Shown one piece after another: positions 11,160 through 23,000 of a stretch of 64,000 nucleotides of DNA. The position numbers and the translations under genes were made by a program. The stretch is taken from the NCBI GenBank assembly GCA_964016885.1, contig OZ024743.1:132060001-132124000 (forward strand), in the 5' to 3' direction. Below the pieces are notes generated by a model. That model did no database searches. It was not told where the DNA came from and was given only the letters and a program-made list of their open reading frames with translations. The DNA comes from Eledone cirrhosa. Lineage: Eukaryota. Each line of letters opens with the position of its first letter. The first letter of the stretch is position 1.

Positions 11160-14100
11160 TTTGGTGCTTGGTGCCTGGTGCTTGGTGCTTGGTGCTTGGT
11201 GTTTGGTGCTTGGTGTTTGGTGCTTGGTATTAGGTATTTGGTGCTTGGTGCTTGGTGTTTGGTGTTTGGCGCTTGGTGTTTAGTGCTTGGTGCTTGGTGT
11301 TTGGTGTTTGGTGCTTGGTGTTTGGTGCTTGGTACTTGGTGCTTGGTGCTTGGTGTTAGGTGTTTGGTGCTTGGTGCTTGGTGTTTGGTTTATGGTGCTT
11401 GGTGCTTGGTGTTTGGTGTTTGGTGCTTGCTGCTGGCTGCTTGGTGTTTGGTGCTTGGTGATTGGTGCTTGGTGTTTGGTGCTTGGTGTTTGGTGTTTGC
11501 TGTTTGGTGTTTGGTGTTTGGTGTTTGCTGTTTGGTGCCTGCTTTTTGGTGTTTGGTGTTTGCTGTATGTTATTTGCTGTTTGGTGTTTGGTCTTTGGTG
11601 TTTGGTGCTTGGTGCTTGGTGTTTGGTGCTTGGTGCTTGGTGTTTGGTGCCTGGTGCTTGGTGCTTGGTGTTTGGTGTTTGGTGCTTGGAGTTTGGTGTT
11701 TGGTGCTTGGTGCTTGGTGTTTTGTGTTTGGTGTTTGGTTTTTGGTGCTTGGTGCTTGGTGCTTGGTGCTTGGTACTTGGTGTTTGGTACTTGGTGCTTG
11801 GTGTTTGTACTTGGTGCTTGGTGCTTGGTGTTTGGTGTTTGGTGCTTGGTGTTTGGTGCCTGGTGCTTGGTGCTTGGTGTTTGGTGCTTGGTGTTTGGTG
11901 TTTGCTGTTTGGTGTTTGGTGTTTGGTGTTTGGTGTTTGCTGTTTGGTGTCTGCTTTTTGGTGTTTGGTGTTTGCTGTATGGTGTTTGCTGTTTCGTGTT
12001 TGGTGTTTGCTGTTTGGTGTTTGGTGTTTGCTGTTTGGTGTTTGGTCTTTGGTGCTTGGTGTTTGGTGCTTGGTGCTTGGTGTTTGGTGTTTGGTGCTTG
12101 GTGCTTCGTGCTTCGTGTTTGGTGTTTGGTGCTTGGTGTCTGGAGCTTGGTGTTTGGTGTTTGGTGCTTGGTGTTTGTTGTTTGGTGCTTGGTGCTTGGT
12201 GTTTGGTGCTTGGTGCTTGGTGTTTGTACTTGGTGCTCGGTGCTTGGTGCTTGGTGCTTGGTTCTGGTGTTTGGTGCTTGGTGTTTGGTGCTTGGTGTTT
12301 GGTGCTTGGTGCTTGGTGTTTGGTGTTTTGTGTTTGGTGCTTGGTGCTTGGTGTTTGGTGCTTGGTGCTTGGTGTTTGGTGTTTGGTGCTTGGTGCTTCG
12401 TGCTTCGTGTTTGGTGTTTGGTGCTTGGTGTCGGGAGCTTGGTGTTTGGTGTTTGGTGCTTGGTGTTTGGTGTTTGGTGCTTGGTGCTTGGTGTTTGGTG
12501 CTTGGTGCTTGGTGTTTGTACTTGGTGCTTGGTGCTTGGTGCTTGGTGCTTGGTGCTGGGTGGTTGGTATTTGGTGCTTGGTGCTTGGTGTTTGGTGCTT
12601 GGTGCTTGGTGCTTGGTGTTTGGTGCTTGGTGCTTGGTGCTTGGTCTTTGGTGCTTGGTGTTTGGTGTTGGTGCTTGGTGCTTTGTGTTTGGTGCTTGGT
12701 GATTAGTGTTTGGTGCTTGGTGCTTGGGGTTTGGTGTTTGGTGCTTGGTACTTGGTGTTTGGTGCTTGGTGTTTGGTGTTTTCTGTTTGGTGTTTGGTGT
12801 TTGCTGTTTGCTGTTTGGTGTCTGCTTTTTGGTGTTTGGTGTTTGCTGTATGATGTTTGCTGTTTCGTGTTTGGTGTTTGCTGTTTGGTGTTTGGTGTTT
12901 GCTGTTTGGTGTTTGGTCTTTGGTGCTTGGTGTTTGGTGCTTGGTGCTGGGTGTTTGGTGTTTGGTGCTTGGTGTTTGGTGTTTGGTGCTTGGTGCTTGG
13001 TGCTTGGTGTTTGCTGTTTGGTGTTATATGCTTGGTGTTTGATGCTTGGTGCTTGGTGCTTGGTGTTTGGTGTTTGGTGCTTGGTGTTTTATGCTTGGTG
13101 TTTGATGTTTGGTGCTTGGTGCTTGGTGTTTGGTGCTTGGTGCTTGGTGTTTATACTTGGTGCTTGGTGCTTGGTTCTTGGTGTTTGGTGCTTGGTGCTT
13201 GGTGCTTGGTGCTTGGTGTTTGGTGCTTGTTGTTTGGTGCTTGTTGCTTGGTGCTTGGTGCTTGGTGTTTGGTGCTTGGTGCTTGGTGTTTGGTGCTGGG
13301 TGCTTGGTGTTTGGTGCTTGGTGCTTGGTGCTTGGTGATTGGTGTTTGGTGCTTGGTGCTTGGTGTTTGGTGTTTGGTGTTATATGCTTGGTGTTTGATG
13401 CTTGGTGCTTGGTGCTTGGTGTTTGGTGTTTGGTGCTTGGTGTTTTATGCTTGGTGTTTGATGTTTGGTGCTTGGTGCTTGGTGTTTGGTGCTTGGTGCT
13501 TGGTGTTTATACTTGGTGCTTGGTGCTTGGTTCTTGGTGTTTGGTGCTTGGTGCTTGGTGCTTGGTGCTTGGTGTTTGGTGCTTGTTGTTTGGTGCTTGG
13601 TGCCTGGTGCTTGGTGCTTGGTGCTTGGTGTTTGGTGCTTGGTGTTTGGTGCTTGGTATTAGGTATTTGGTGCTTGGTGCTTGGTGTTTGGTGTTTGGTG
13701 CTTGGTGTTTGGTGCTTGGTGCTTGGTGTTTGGTGTTTGGTGCTTGGTGTTTGGTGTTTGGTACTAGGTGCTTGGTGCTTGGTGTTTGGTGCTTGGTGCT
13801 TGGTGTTTGGTGCTTGGTGCTGGGTTCTGGGTGGTTGGTGTTTGGTGCTTGGTGTTTGGTGCTGGGTGCTTGGTGTTTGGTGCTTGGTGCTTGGTCTTTG
13901 GTGTTTGGTGTTTGGTGTTTGGGGCTTGGTGCTTGGTGCTTGGTGTTTGGTGCTTGGTGCTTGGTGTTTGGTGCTTGGTGCTTAGTGTTTGGTGCTAGGT
14001 GCTTGGGATTTGGTGTTTGGTGCTTGGTGCTTGGTGTTTGGTGCTTGGTGCTTGGTGTTTGGTGTTTGGTGCTTGGTGCTTGGTGTTTGGTGTTTCCTGT

Positions 14101-17100
14101 TTGCTGTTTGGTGTTTGGTGTTTGGTGTTTGCTGTTTGGTGTCTGCTTTTTGGTGTTTGGTGTTTGCTGTATGTTATTTGCTGTTTGGTGTTTGGTGTTT
14201 GGTGTTTGGTGCTGGGGTTCTTGGTGTTTGGTGCTTGGTGCTTGGTGTTTGGTGCCTGGTGCTTGGGGCTTGGTGTTTGGTGTTTGGTGCTTGGTGCTTG
14301 GAGTTTGGTGTTTGGTGCTTGGTGCTTGGTGTTTTGTGTTTGGTGTTTGGTTTTTGGTGCTTGGTGCTTGGTGCTTGGTGCTTGGTCCTTGGTGTTTGGT
14401 GCTTGGTGCTTGGTGTTTGTACTTGGTGCTTGGTGCTTGGTGTTTGGTTCTTGGTTCTTGGTGTTTTGTACTTGGTGCTTGGTGCTTGGTGTTTGGTGCT
14501 TGGTGCTTGGTGTTTGGTGTTTGGTGTTTGGTGCTTGGTGCTTGGTGTTTGGTGTTGGTGCTTGGTGCTTTGTGTTTGGTGCTTGGTGATTAGTGTTTGG
14601 TGCTTGGTGCTTGGGGTTTGGTGTTTGGTGCTTGGTACTTGGTGTTTGGTGCTTGGTGTTTGGTGTTTTCTGTTTGGTGTTTGGTGTTTGCTGTTTGCTG
14701 TTTGGTGTCTGCTTTTTGGTGTTTGGTGTTTGCTGTATGATGTTTGCTGTTTCGTGTTTGGTGTTTGCTGTTTCGTGTTTGGTGTTTGCTGTTTGGTGTT
14801 TGGTCTTTGGTGCTTGGTGTTTGGTGCTTGGTGCTGGGTGTTTGGTGTTTGGTGCTTGGTGTTTGGTGTTTGGTGCTTGGTGCTTGGTGCTTGGTGTTTG
14901 CTGTTTGGTGTTATATGCTTGGTGTTTGATGCTTGGTGCTTGGTGCTTGGTGTTTGGTGTTTGGTGCTTGGTGTTTTATGCTTGGTGTTTGATGTTTGGT
15001 GCTTGGTGCTTGGTGTTTGGTGCTTGGTGCTTGGTGTTTATACTTGGTGCTTGGTGCTTGGTTCTTGGTGTTTGGTGCTTGGTGCTTGGTGCTTGGTGCT
15101 TGGTGTTTGGTGCTTGTTGTTTGGTGCTTGTTGCTTGGTGCTTGGTGCTTGGTGTTTGGTGCTTGGTGCTTGGTGTTTGGTGCTGGGTGCTTGGTGTTTG
15201 GTGCTTGGTGCTTGGTGCTTGGTGATTGGTGTTTGGTGCTTGGTGCTTGGTGTTTGGTGTTTGGTGTTATATGCTTGGTGTTTGATGCTTGGTGCTTGGT
15301 GCTTGGTGTTTGGTGTTTGGTGCTTGGTGTTTTATGCTTGGTGTTTGATGTTTGGTGCTTGGTGCTTGGTGTTTGGTGCTTGGTGCTTGGTGTTTATACT
15401 TGGTGCTTGGTGCTTGGTTCTTGGTGTTTGGTGCTTGGTGCTTGGTGCTTGGTGCTTGGTGTTTGGTGCTTGTTGTTTGGTGCTTGGTGCCTGGTGCTTG
15501 GTGCTTGGTGCTTGGTGCTTGGTGTTTGGTGCTTGGTGTTTGGTGCTTGGTATTAGGTATTTGGTGCTTGGTGCTTGGTGTTTGGTGTTTGGTGCTTGGT
15601 GTTTGGTGCTTGGTGCTTGGTGTTTGGTGTTTGGTGCTTGGTGTTTGGTGTTTGGTACTAGGTGCTTGGTGCTTGGTGTTTGGTGCTTGGTGCTTGGTGT
15701 TTGGTGCTTGGTGCTGGGTTCTGGGTGGTTGGTGTTTGGTGCTTGGTGTTTGGTGCTGGGTGCTTGGTGTTTGGTGCTTGGTGCTTGGTCTTTGGTGTTT
15801 GGTGTTTGGTGTTTGGGGCTTGGTGCTTGGTGCTTGGTGTTTGGTGCTTGGTGCTTGGTGTTTGGTGCTTGGTGCTTAGTGTTTGGTGCTAGGTGCTTGG
15901 GATTTGGTGTTTGGTGCTTGGTGCTTGGTGTTTGGTGCTTGGTGCTTGGTGTTTGGTGTTTGGTGCTTGGTGCTTGGTGTTTGGTGTTTCCTGTTTGCTG
16001 TTTGGTGTTTGGTGTTTGGTGTTTGCTGTTTGGTGTCTGCTTTTTGGTGTTTGGTGTTTGCTGTATGTTATTTGCTGTTTGGTGTTTGGTGTTTGGTGTT
16101 TGGTGCTGGGGTTCTTGGTGTTTGGTGCTTGGTGCTTGGTGTTTGGTGCCTGGTGCTTGGGGCTTGGTGTTTGGTGTTTGGTGCTTGGTGCTTGGAGTTT
16201 GGTGTTTGGTGCTTGGTGCTTGGTGTTTTGTGTTTGGTGTTTGGTTTTTGGTGCTTGGTGCTTGGTGCTTGGTGCTTGGTCCTTGGTGTTTGGTGCTTGG
16301 TGCTTGGTGTTTGTACTTGGTGCTTGGTGCTTGGTGTTTGGTTCTTGGTTCTTGGTGTTTTGTACTTGGTGCTTGGTGCTTGGTGTTTGGTGCTTGGTGC
16401 TTGGTGTTTGGTGTTTGGTGTTTGGTGCTTGGTGCTTGGTGTTTGGTGCTTGGTGCTTGGTGCTGGGTGGTTGGTATTTGGTGCTTGGTGCTTGGTGTTT
16501 GGTGCTTGGTGCCTGGTGCTTGGTGCTTGGTGCTTGGTGTTTGGTGCTTGGTGTTTGGTGCTTGGTATTAGGTATTTGGTGCTTGGTGCTTGGTGTTTGG
16601 TGTTTGGTGCTTGGTGTTTAGTGCTTGGTGCTTGGTGTTTGGTGTTTGGTGCTTGGTGTTTGGTGCTTGGTACTTGGTGCTTGGTGCTTGGTGTTAGGTG
16701 TTTGGTGCTTGGTGCTTGGTGTTTGGTTTATGGTGCTTGGTGCTTGGTGTTTGGTGTTTGGTGCTTGCTGCTGGCTGCTTGGTGTTTGGTGCTTGGTGAT
16801 TGGTGCTTGGTGTTTGGTGCTTGGTGTTTGGTGTTTGCTGTTTGGTGTTTGGTGTTTGGTGTTTGCTGTTTGGTGCCTGCTTTTTGGTGTTTGGTGTTTG
16901 CTGTATGTTATTTGCTGTTTGGTGTTTGGTCTTTGGTGTTTGGTGCTTGGTGCTTGGTGTTTGGTGCTTGGTGCTTGGTGTTTGGTGCCTGGTGCTTGGT
17001 GCTTGGTGTTTGGTGTTTGGTGCTTGGAGTTTGGTGTTTGGTGCTTGCTGCTTGGTGTTTTGTGTTTGGTGTTTGGTTTTTGGTGCTTGGTGCTTGGTGC

Positions 17101-19865
17101 TTGGTGCTTGGTACTTGGTGTTTGGTACTTGGTGCTTGGTGTTTGTACTTGGTGCTTGGTGCTTGGTGTTTGGTGTTTGGTGCTTGGTGTTTGGTGCCTG
17201 GTGCTTGGTGCTTGGTGTTTGGTGCTTGGTGTTTGGTGTTTGCTGTTTGGTGTTTGGTGTTTGGTGTTTGGTGTTTGCTGTTTGGTGTCTGCTTTTTGGT
17301 GTTTGGTGTTTGCTGTATGGTGTTTGCTGTTTCGTGTTTGGTGTTTGCTGTTTGGTGTTTGGTGTTTGCTGTTTGGTGTTTGGTCTTTGGTGCTTGGTGT
17401 TTGGTGCTTGGTGCTTGGTGTTTGGTGTTTGGTGCTTGGTGCTTCGTGCTTCGTGTTTGGTGTTTGGTGCTTGGTGTCTGGAGCTTGGTGTTTGGTGTTT
17501 GGTGCTTGGTGTTTGGTGTTTGGTGCTTGGTGCTTGGTGTTTGGTGCTTGGTGCTTGGTGTTTGTACTTGGTGCTCGGTGCTTGGTGCTTGGTGCTTGGT
17601 TCTTGGTGTTTGGTGCTTGGTGTTTGGTGCTTGGTGTTTGGTGCTTGGTGCTTGGTGTTTGGTGTTTTGTGTTTGGTGCTTGGTGCTTGGTGTTTGGTGC
17701 TTGGTGCTTGGTGTTTGGTGTTTGGTGCTTGGTGCTTCGTGCTTCGTGTTTGGTGTTTGGTGCTTGGTGTCGGGAGCTTGGTGTTTGGTGTTTGGTGCTT
17801 GGTGTTTGGTGTTTGGTGCTTGGTGCTTGGTGTTTGGTGCTTGGTGCTTGGTGTTTGTACTTGGTGCTTGGTGCTTGGTGCTTGGTGCTTGGTGCTGGGT
17901 GGTTGGTATTTGGTGCTTGGTGCTTGGTGTTTGGTGCTTGGTGCTTGGTGCTTGGTGTTTGGTGCTTGGTGCTTGGTGCTTGGTCTTTGGTGCTTGGTGT
18001 TTGGTGTTGGTGCTTGGTGCTTTGTGTTTGGTGCTTGGTGATTAGTGTTTGGTGCTTGGTGCTTGGGGTTTGGTGTTTGGTGCTTGGTACTTGGTGTTTG
18101 GTGCTTGGTGTTTGGTGTTTTCTGTTTGGTGTCTGCTTTTTGGTGTTTTGTGTTTGCTGTATGATGTTTGCTGTTTCGTGTTTGGTGTTTGCTGTTTGGT
18201 GTTTGGTGTTTGCTGTTTGGTGTTTGGTCTTTGGTGCTTGGTGTTTGGTGCTTGGTGCTGGGTGTTTGGTGTTTGGTGCTTGGTGTTTGGTGTTTGGTGC
18301 TTGGTGCTTGGTGCTTGGTGTTTGCTGTTTGGTGTTATATGCTTGGTGTTTGATGCTTGGTGCTTGGTGCTTGGTGTTTGGTGTTTGGTGCTTGGTGTTT
18401 TATGCTTGGTGTTTGATGTTTGGTGCTTGGTGCTTGGTGTTTGGTGCTTGGTGCTTGGTGTTTATACTTGGTGCTTGGTGCTTGGTTCTTGGTGTTTGGT
18501 GCTTGGTGCTTGGTGCTTGGTGCTTGGTGTTTGGTGCTTGTTGTTTGGTGCTTGTTGCTTGGTGCTTGGTGCTTGGTGTTTGGTGCTTGGTGCTTGGTGT
18601 TTGGTGCTGGGTGCTTGGTGTTTGGTGCTTGGTGCTTGGTGCTTGGTGATTGGTGTTTGGTGCTTGGTGCTTGGTGTTTGGTGTTTGGTGTTATATGCTT
18701 GGTGTTTGATGCTTGGTGCTTGGTGCTTGGTGTTTGGTGTTTGGTGCTTGGTGTTTTATGCTTGGTGTTTGATGTTTGGTGCTTGGTGCTTGGTGTTTGG
18801 TGCTTGGTGCTTGGTGTTTATACTTGGTGCTTGGTGCTTGGTTCTTGGTGTTTGGTGCTTGGTGCTTGGTGCTTGGTGCTTGGTGTTTGGTGCTTGTTGT
18901 TTGGTGCTTGGTGCCTGGTGCTTGGTGCTTGGTGCTTGGTGTTTGGTGCTTGGTGTTTGGTGCTTGGTATTAGGTATTTGGTGCTTGGTGCTTGGTGTTT
19001 GGTGTTTGGTGCTTGGTGTTTGGTGCTTGGTGCTTGGTGTTTGGTGTTTGGTGCTTGGTGTTTGGTGTTTGGTACTAGGTGCTTGGTGCTTGGTGTTTGG
19101 TGCTTGGTGCTTGGTGTTTGGTGCTTGGTGCTGGGTTCTGGGTGGTTGGTGTTTGGTGCTTGGTGTTTGGTGCTGGGTGCTTGGTGTTTGGTGCTTGGTG
19201 CTTGGTCTTTGGTGTTTGGTGTTTGGTGTTTGGGGCTTGGTGCTTGGTGCTTGGTGTTTGGTGCTTGGTGCTTGGTGTTTGGTGCTTGGTGCTTAGTGTT
19301 TGGTGCTAGGTGCTTGGGATTTGGTGTTTGGTGCTTGGTGCTTGGTGTTTGGTGCTTGGTGCTTGGTGTTTGGTGTTTGGTGCTTGGTGCTTGGTGTTTG
19401 GTGTTTCCTGTTTGCTGTTTGGTGTTTGGTGTTTGGTGTTTGCTGTTTGGTGTCTGCTTTTTGGTGTTTGGTGTTTGCTGTATGTTATTTGCTGTTTGGT
19501 GTTTGGTGTTTGGTGTTTGGTGCTGGGGTTCTTGGTGTTTGGTGCTTGGTGCTTGGTGTTTGGTGCCTGGTGCTTGGGGCTTGGTGTTTGGTGTTTGGTG
19601 CTTGGTGCTTGGAGTTTGGTGTTTGGTGCTTGGTGCTTGGTGTTTTGTGTTTGGTGTTTGGTTTTTGGTGCTTGGTGCTTGGTGCTTGGTGCTTGGTCCT
19701 TGCTGTTTGGTGCTTGGTGCTTGGTGTTTGTACTTGGTGCTTGGTGCTTGGTGTTTGGTTCTTGGTTCTTGGTGTTTTGTACTTGGTGCTTGGTGCTTGG
19801 TGTTTGGTGCTTGGTGCTTGGTGTTTGGTGTTTGGTGTTTGGTGCTTGGTGCTTGGTGTTTGGTG
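11160..19865 (+). repeat. Nested duplication zone: 356-bp, ~1.89-kb and ~5.3-kb offsets
   Basis: 356: 13109/13465, 14996/15352, 18420/18776. 1887-1894: 12706/14593, 13989/15883. 5338-5311: 11287/16625, 11462/16800, 13465/18776, 13768/19079. Confidence 0.88.
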
Positions 19866-20023
19866 CTTGGTGCTTGGTGCTGGGTGGTTGGTATTTGGTG
19901 CTTGGTGCTTGGTGTTTGGTGCTTGGTGCTTGGTGCTTGGTGTTTGGTGCTTGGTGCTTGGTCTTTGGTGCTTGGTGTTTGGTGTTTGGTGCTTGGTGCT
20001 TTGTGTTTGGTGCTTGGTGATTA

Positions 20024-23000
20024 GTGTTTGGTGCTTGGTGCTTGGGGTTTGGTGTTTGGTGCTTGGTACTTGGTGTTTGGTGCTTGGTGTTTGGTGTTTG
20101 CTGTTTGGTGTTTGGTGTTTGGTGTTTGCTGTTTGGTGTCTGCTTTTTGGTGTTTGGTGTTTGCTGTATGATGTTTGCTGTTTCGTGTTTGGTGTTTGCT
20201 GTTTGGTGTTTGGTGTTTGCTGTTTGGTGTTTGGTCTTTGGTGCTTGGTGTTTGGTGCTTGGTGCTGGGTGTTTGGTGTTTGGTGCTTGGTGTTTGGTGT
20301 TTGGTGCTTGGTGCTTGGTGCTTGGTGTTTGCTGTTTGCTGTTTGGTGCTTGGTGTCTGGTGCTTGGTGTTTGGTGTTTGGTGTTTGGTGCTTGGTGTTT
20401 GGTGTTTGGTGTTTGGTGCTTGTTGCTTGGTGCTTGGTGCTTGGTGTTTGGTGCTTGGTGCTTGGTGTTTGGTGCTGGGTGCTTGGTGTTTGGTGCTTGG
20501 TGCTTGGTGCTTGGTGTTTGGTGTTTGGTGCTTGGTGCTGGGTGTTTGGTGTTTGGTGTTATATGCTTGGTGTTTGATGCTTGGTGCTTGGTGCTTGGTG
20601 TTTGGTGTTTGGTGCTTGGTGTTTTATGCTTGGTGTTTGATGTTTGGTGCTTGGTGCTTGGTGTTTGGTGCTTGGTGCTTGGTGTTTATACTTGGTGCTT
20701 GGTGCTTGGTTCTTGGTGTTTGGTGCTTGGTGCTTGGTGCTTGGTGCTTGGTGTTTGGTGCTTGGTGTTTGGTGCTTGGTGCCTGGTGCTTGGTGCTTGG
20801 TGCTTGGTGTTTGGTGCTTGGTGTTTGGTGCTTGGTATTAGGTATTTGGTGCTTGGTGCTTGGTGTTTGGTGTTTGGTGCTTGGTGTTTGGTGCTTGGTG
20901 CTTGGTGTTTGGTGTTTGGTGCTTGGTGTTTGGTGCTTGGTACTTGGTGCTTGGTGCTTGGTGTTAGGTGTTTGGTGCTTGGTGCTTGGTGTTTGGTTTT
21001 TGGTGCTTGGTGCTTGGTGTTTGGTGTTTGGTGCTTGCTGCTGGCTGCTTGGTGTTTGGTGCTTGGTGATTGGTGCTTGGTGTTTGGTGCTTGGTGTTTG
21101 GTGTTTGCTGTTTGCTGTTTGGTGTTTGGTGTTTGCTGTTTGGTGTCTGCTTTTTGGTGTTTGGTGTTTGGTGTATGTTATTTGCTGTTTGGTGTTTGGT
21201 GTTTGGTGTTTGGTGCTTGGTGCTTGGTGTTTGGTGCTTGGTGCTTGGTGTTTGGTGCCTGGTGCTTGGTGCTTGGTGTTTGGTGTTTGGTGCTTGGAGT
21301 TTGGTGTTTGGTGCTTGGTGCTTGGTGTTTTGTGTTTGGTGTTTGGTTTTTGGTGCTTGGTGCTTGGTGCTTGGTGCTTGGTCCTTGGTGTTTGGTACTT
21401 GGTGCTTGGTGTTTGTACTTGGTGCTTGGTGCTTGGTGTTTGGTGTTTGGTGCTTGGTGTTTGGTGCCTGGTGCTTGGTGCTTGGTGTTTGGTGCTTGGT
21501 GTTTGGTGTTTGCTGTTTGGTGTTTGGTGTTTGGTGTTTGGTGTTTGCTGTTTGGTGTCTGCTTTTTGGTGTTTGGTGTTTGCTGTATGGTGTTTGCTGT
21601 TTCGTGTTTGGTGTTTGCTGTTTGGTGTTTGGTGTTTGCTGTTTGGTGTTTGGTCTTTGGTGCTTGGTGTTTGGTGCTTGGTGCTTGGTGTTTGGTGTTT
21701 GGTGCTTCGTGCTTCGTGCTTCGTGTTTGGTGTTTGGTGCTTGGTGTCTGGAGCTTGGTGTTTGGTGTTTGGTGCTTGGTGTTTGGTGTTTGGTGCTTGG
21801 TGCTTGGTGTTTGGTGCTTGGTGCTTGGTGTTTGTACTTGGTGCTTGGTGCTTGGTGCTTGGTGCTTGGTTCTTGGTGTTTGGTGCTTGGTGTTTGGTGC
21901 TTGGTGTTTGGTGCTTGGTGCTTGGTGTTTGGTGTTTTGTGTTTGGTGCTTGGTGCTTGGTGTTTGGTGCTTGGTGCTTGGTGCTGGGTGGTTGGTATTT
22001 GGTGCTTGGTGCTTGGTGTTTGGTGCTTGGTGCTTGGTGCTTGGTGTTTGGTGCTTGGTGCTTGGTGCTTGGTCTTTGGTGCTTGGTGTTTGGTGTTGGT
22101 GCTTGGTGCTTTGTGTTTGGTGCTTGGTGATTAGTGTTTGGTGCTTGGTGCTTGGGGTTTGGTGTTTGGTGCTTGGTACTTGGTGTTTGGTGCTTGGTGT
22201 TTGGTGTTTGCTGTTTGGTGTTTGGTGTTTGGTGTTTGCTGTTTGGTGTCTGCTTTTTGGTGTTTGGTGTTTGCTGTATGATGTTTGCTGTTTCGTGTTT
22301 GGTGTTTGCTGTTTGGTGTTTGGTGTTTGCTGTTTGGTGTTTGGTCTTTGGTGCTTGGTGTTTGGTGCTTGGTGCTGGGTGTTTGGTGTTTGGTGCTTGG
22401 TGTTTGGTGTTTGGTGCTTGGTGCTTGGTGCTTGGTGTTTGCTGTTTGGTGTTTGGTGCTTGGTGTCTGGTGCTTGGTGTTTGGTGTTTGGTGTTTGGTG
22501 CTTGGTGTTTGGTGTTTGGTGTTTGGTGCTTGTTGCTTGGTCCTTGGTGCTTGGTGTTTGGTGCTTGGTGCTTGGTGTTTGGTGCTGGGTGCTTGGTGTT
22601 TGGTGCTTGGTGCTTGGTGCTTGGTGTTTGGTGTTTGGTGCTTGGTGCTTGGTGTTTGGTGTTTGGTGTTATATGCTTGGTGTTTGATGCTTGGTGCTTG
22701 GTGCTTGGTGTTTGGTGTTTGGTGCTTGGTGTTTTATGCTTGGTGTTTGATGTTTGGTGCTTGGTGCTTGGTGTTTGGTGCTTGGTGCTTGGTGTTTATA
22801 CTTGGTGCTTGGTGCTTGGTTCTTGGTGTTTGGTGCTTGGTGCTTGGTGCTTGGTGCTTGGTGTTTGGTGCTTGGTGTTTGGTGCTTGGTGCCTGGTGCT
22901 TGGTGCTTGGTGCTTGGTGTTTGGTGCTTGGTGTTTGGTGCTTGGTATTAGGTATTTGGTGCTTGGTGCTTGGTGTTTGGTGTTTGGTGCTTGGTGTTTG

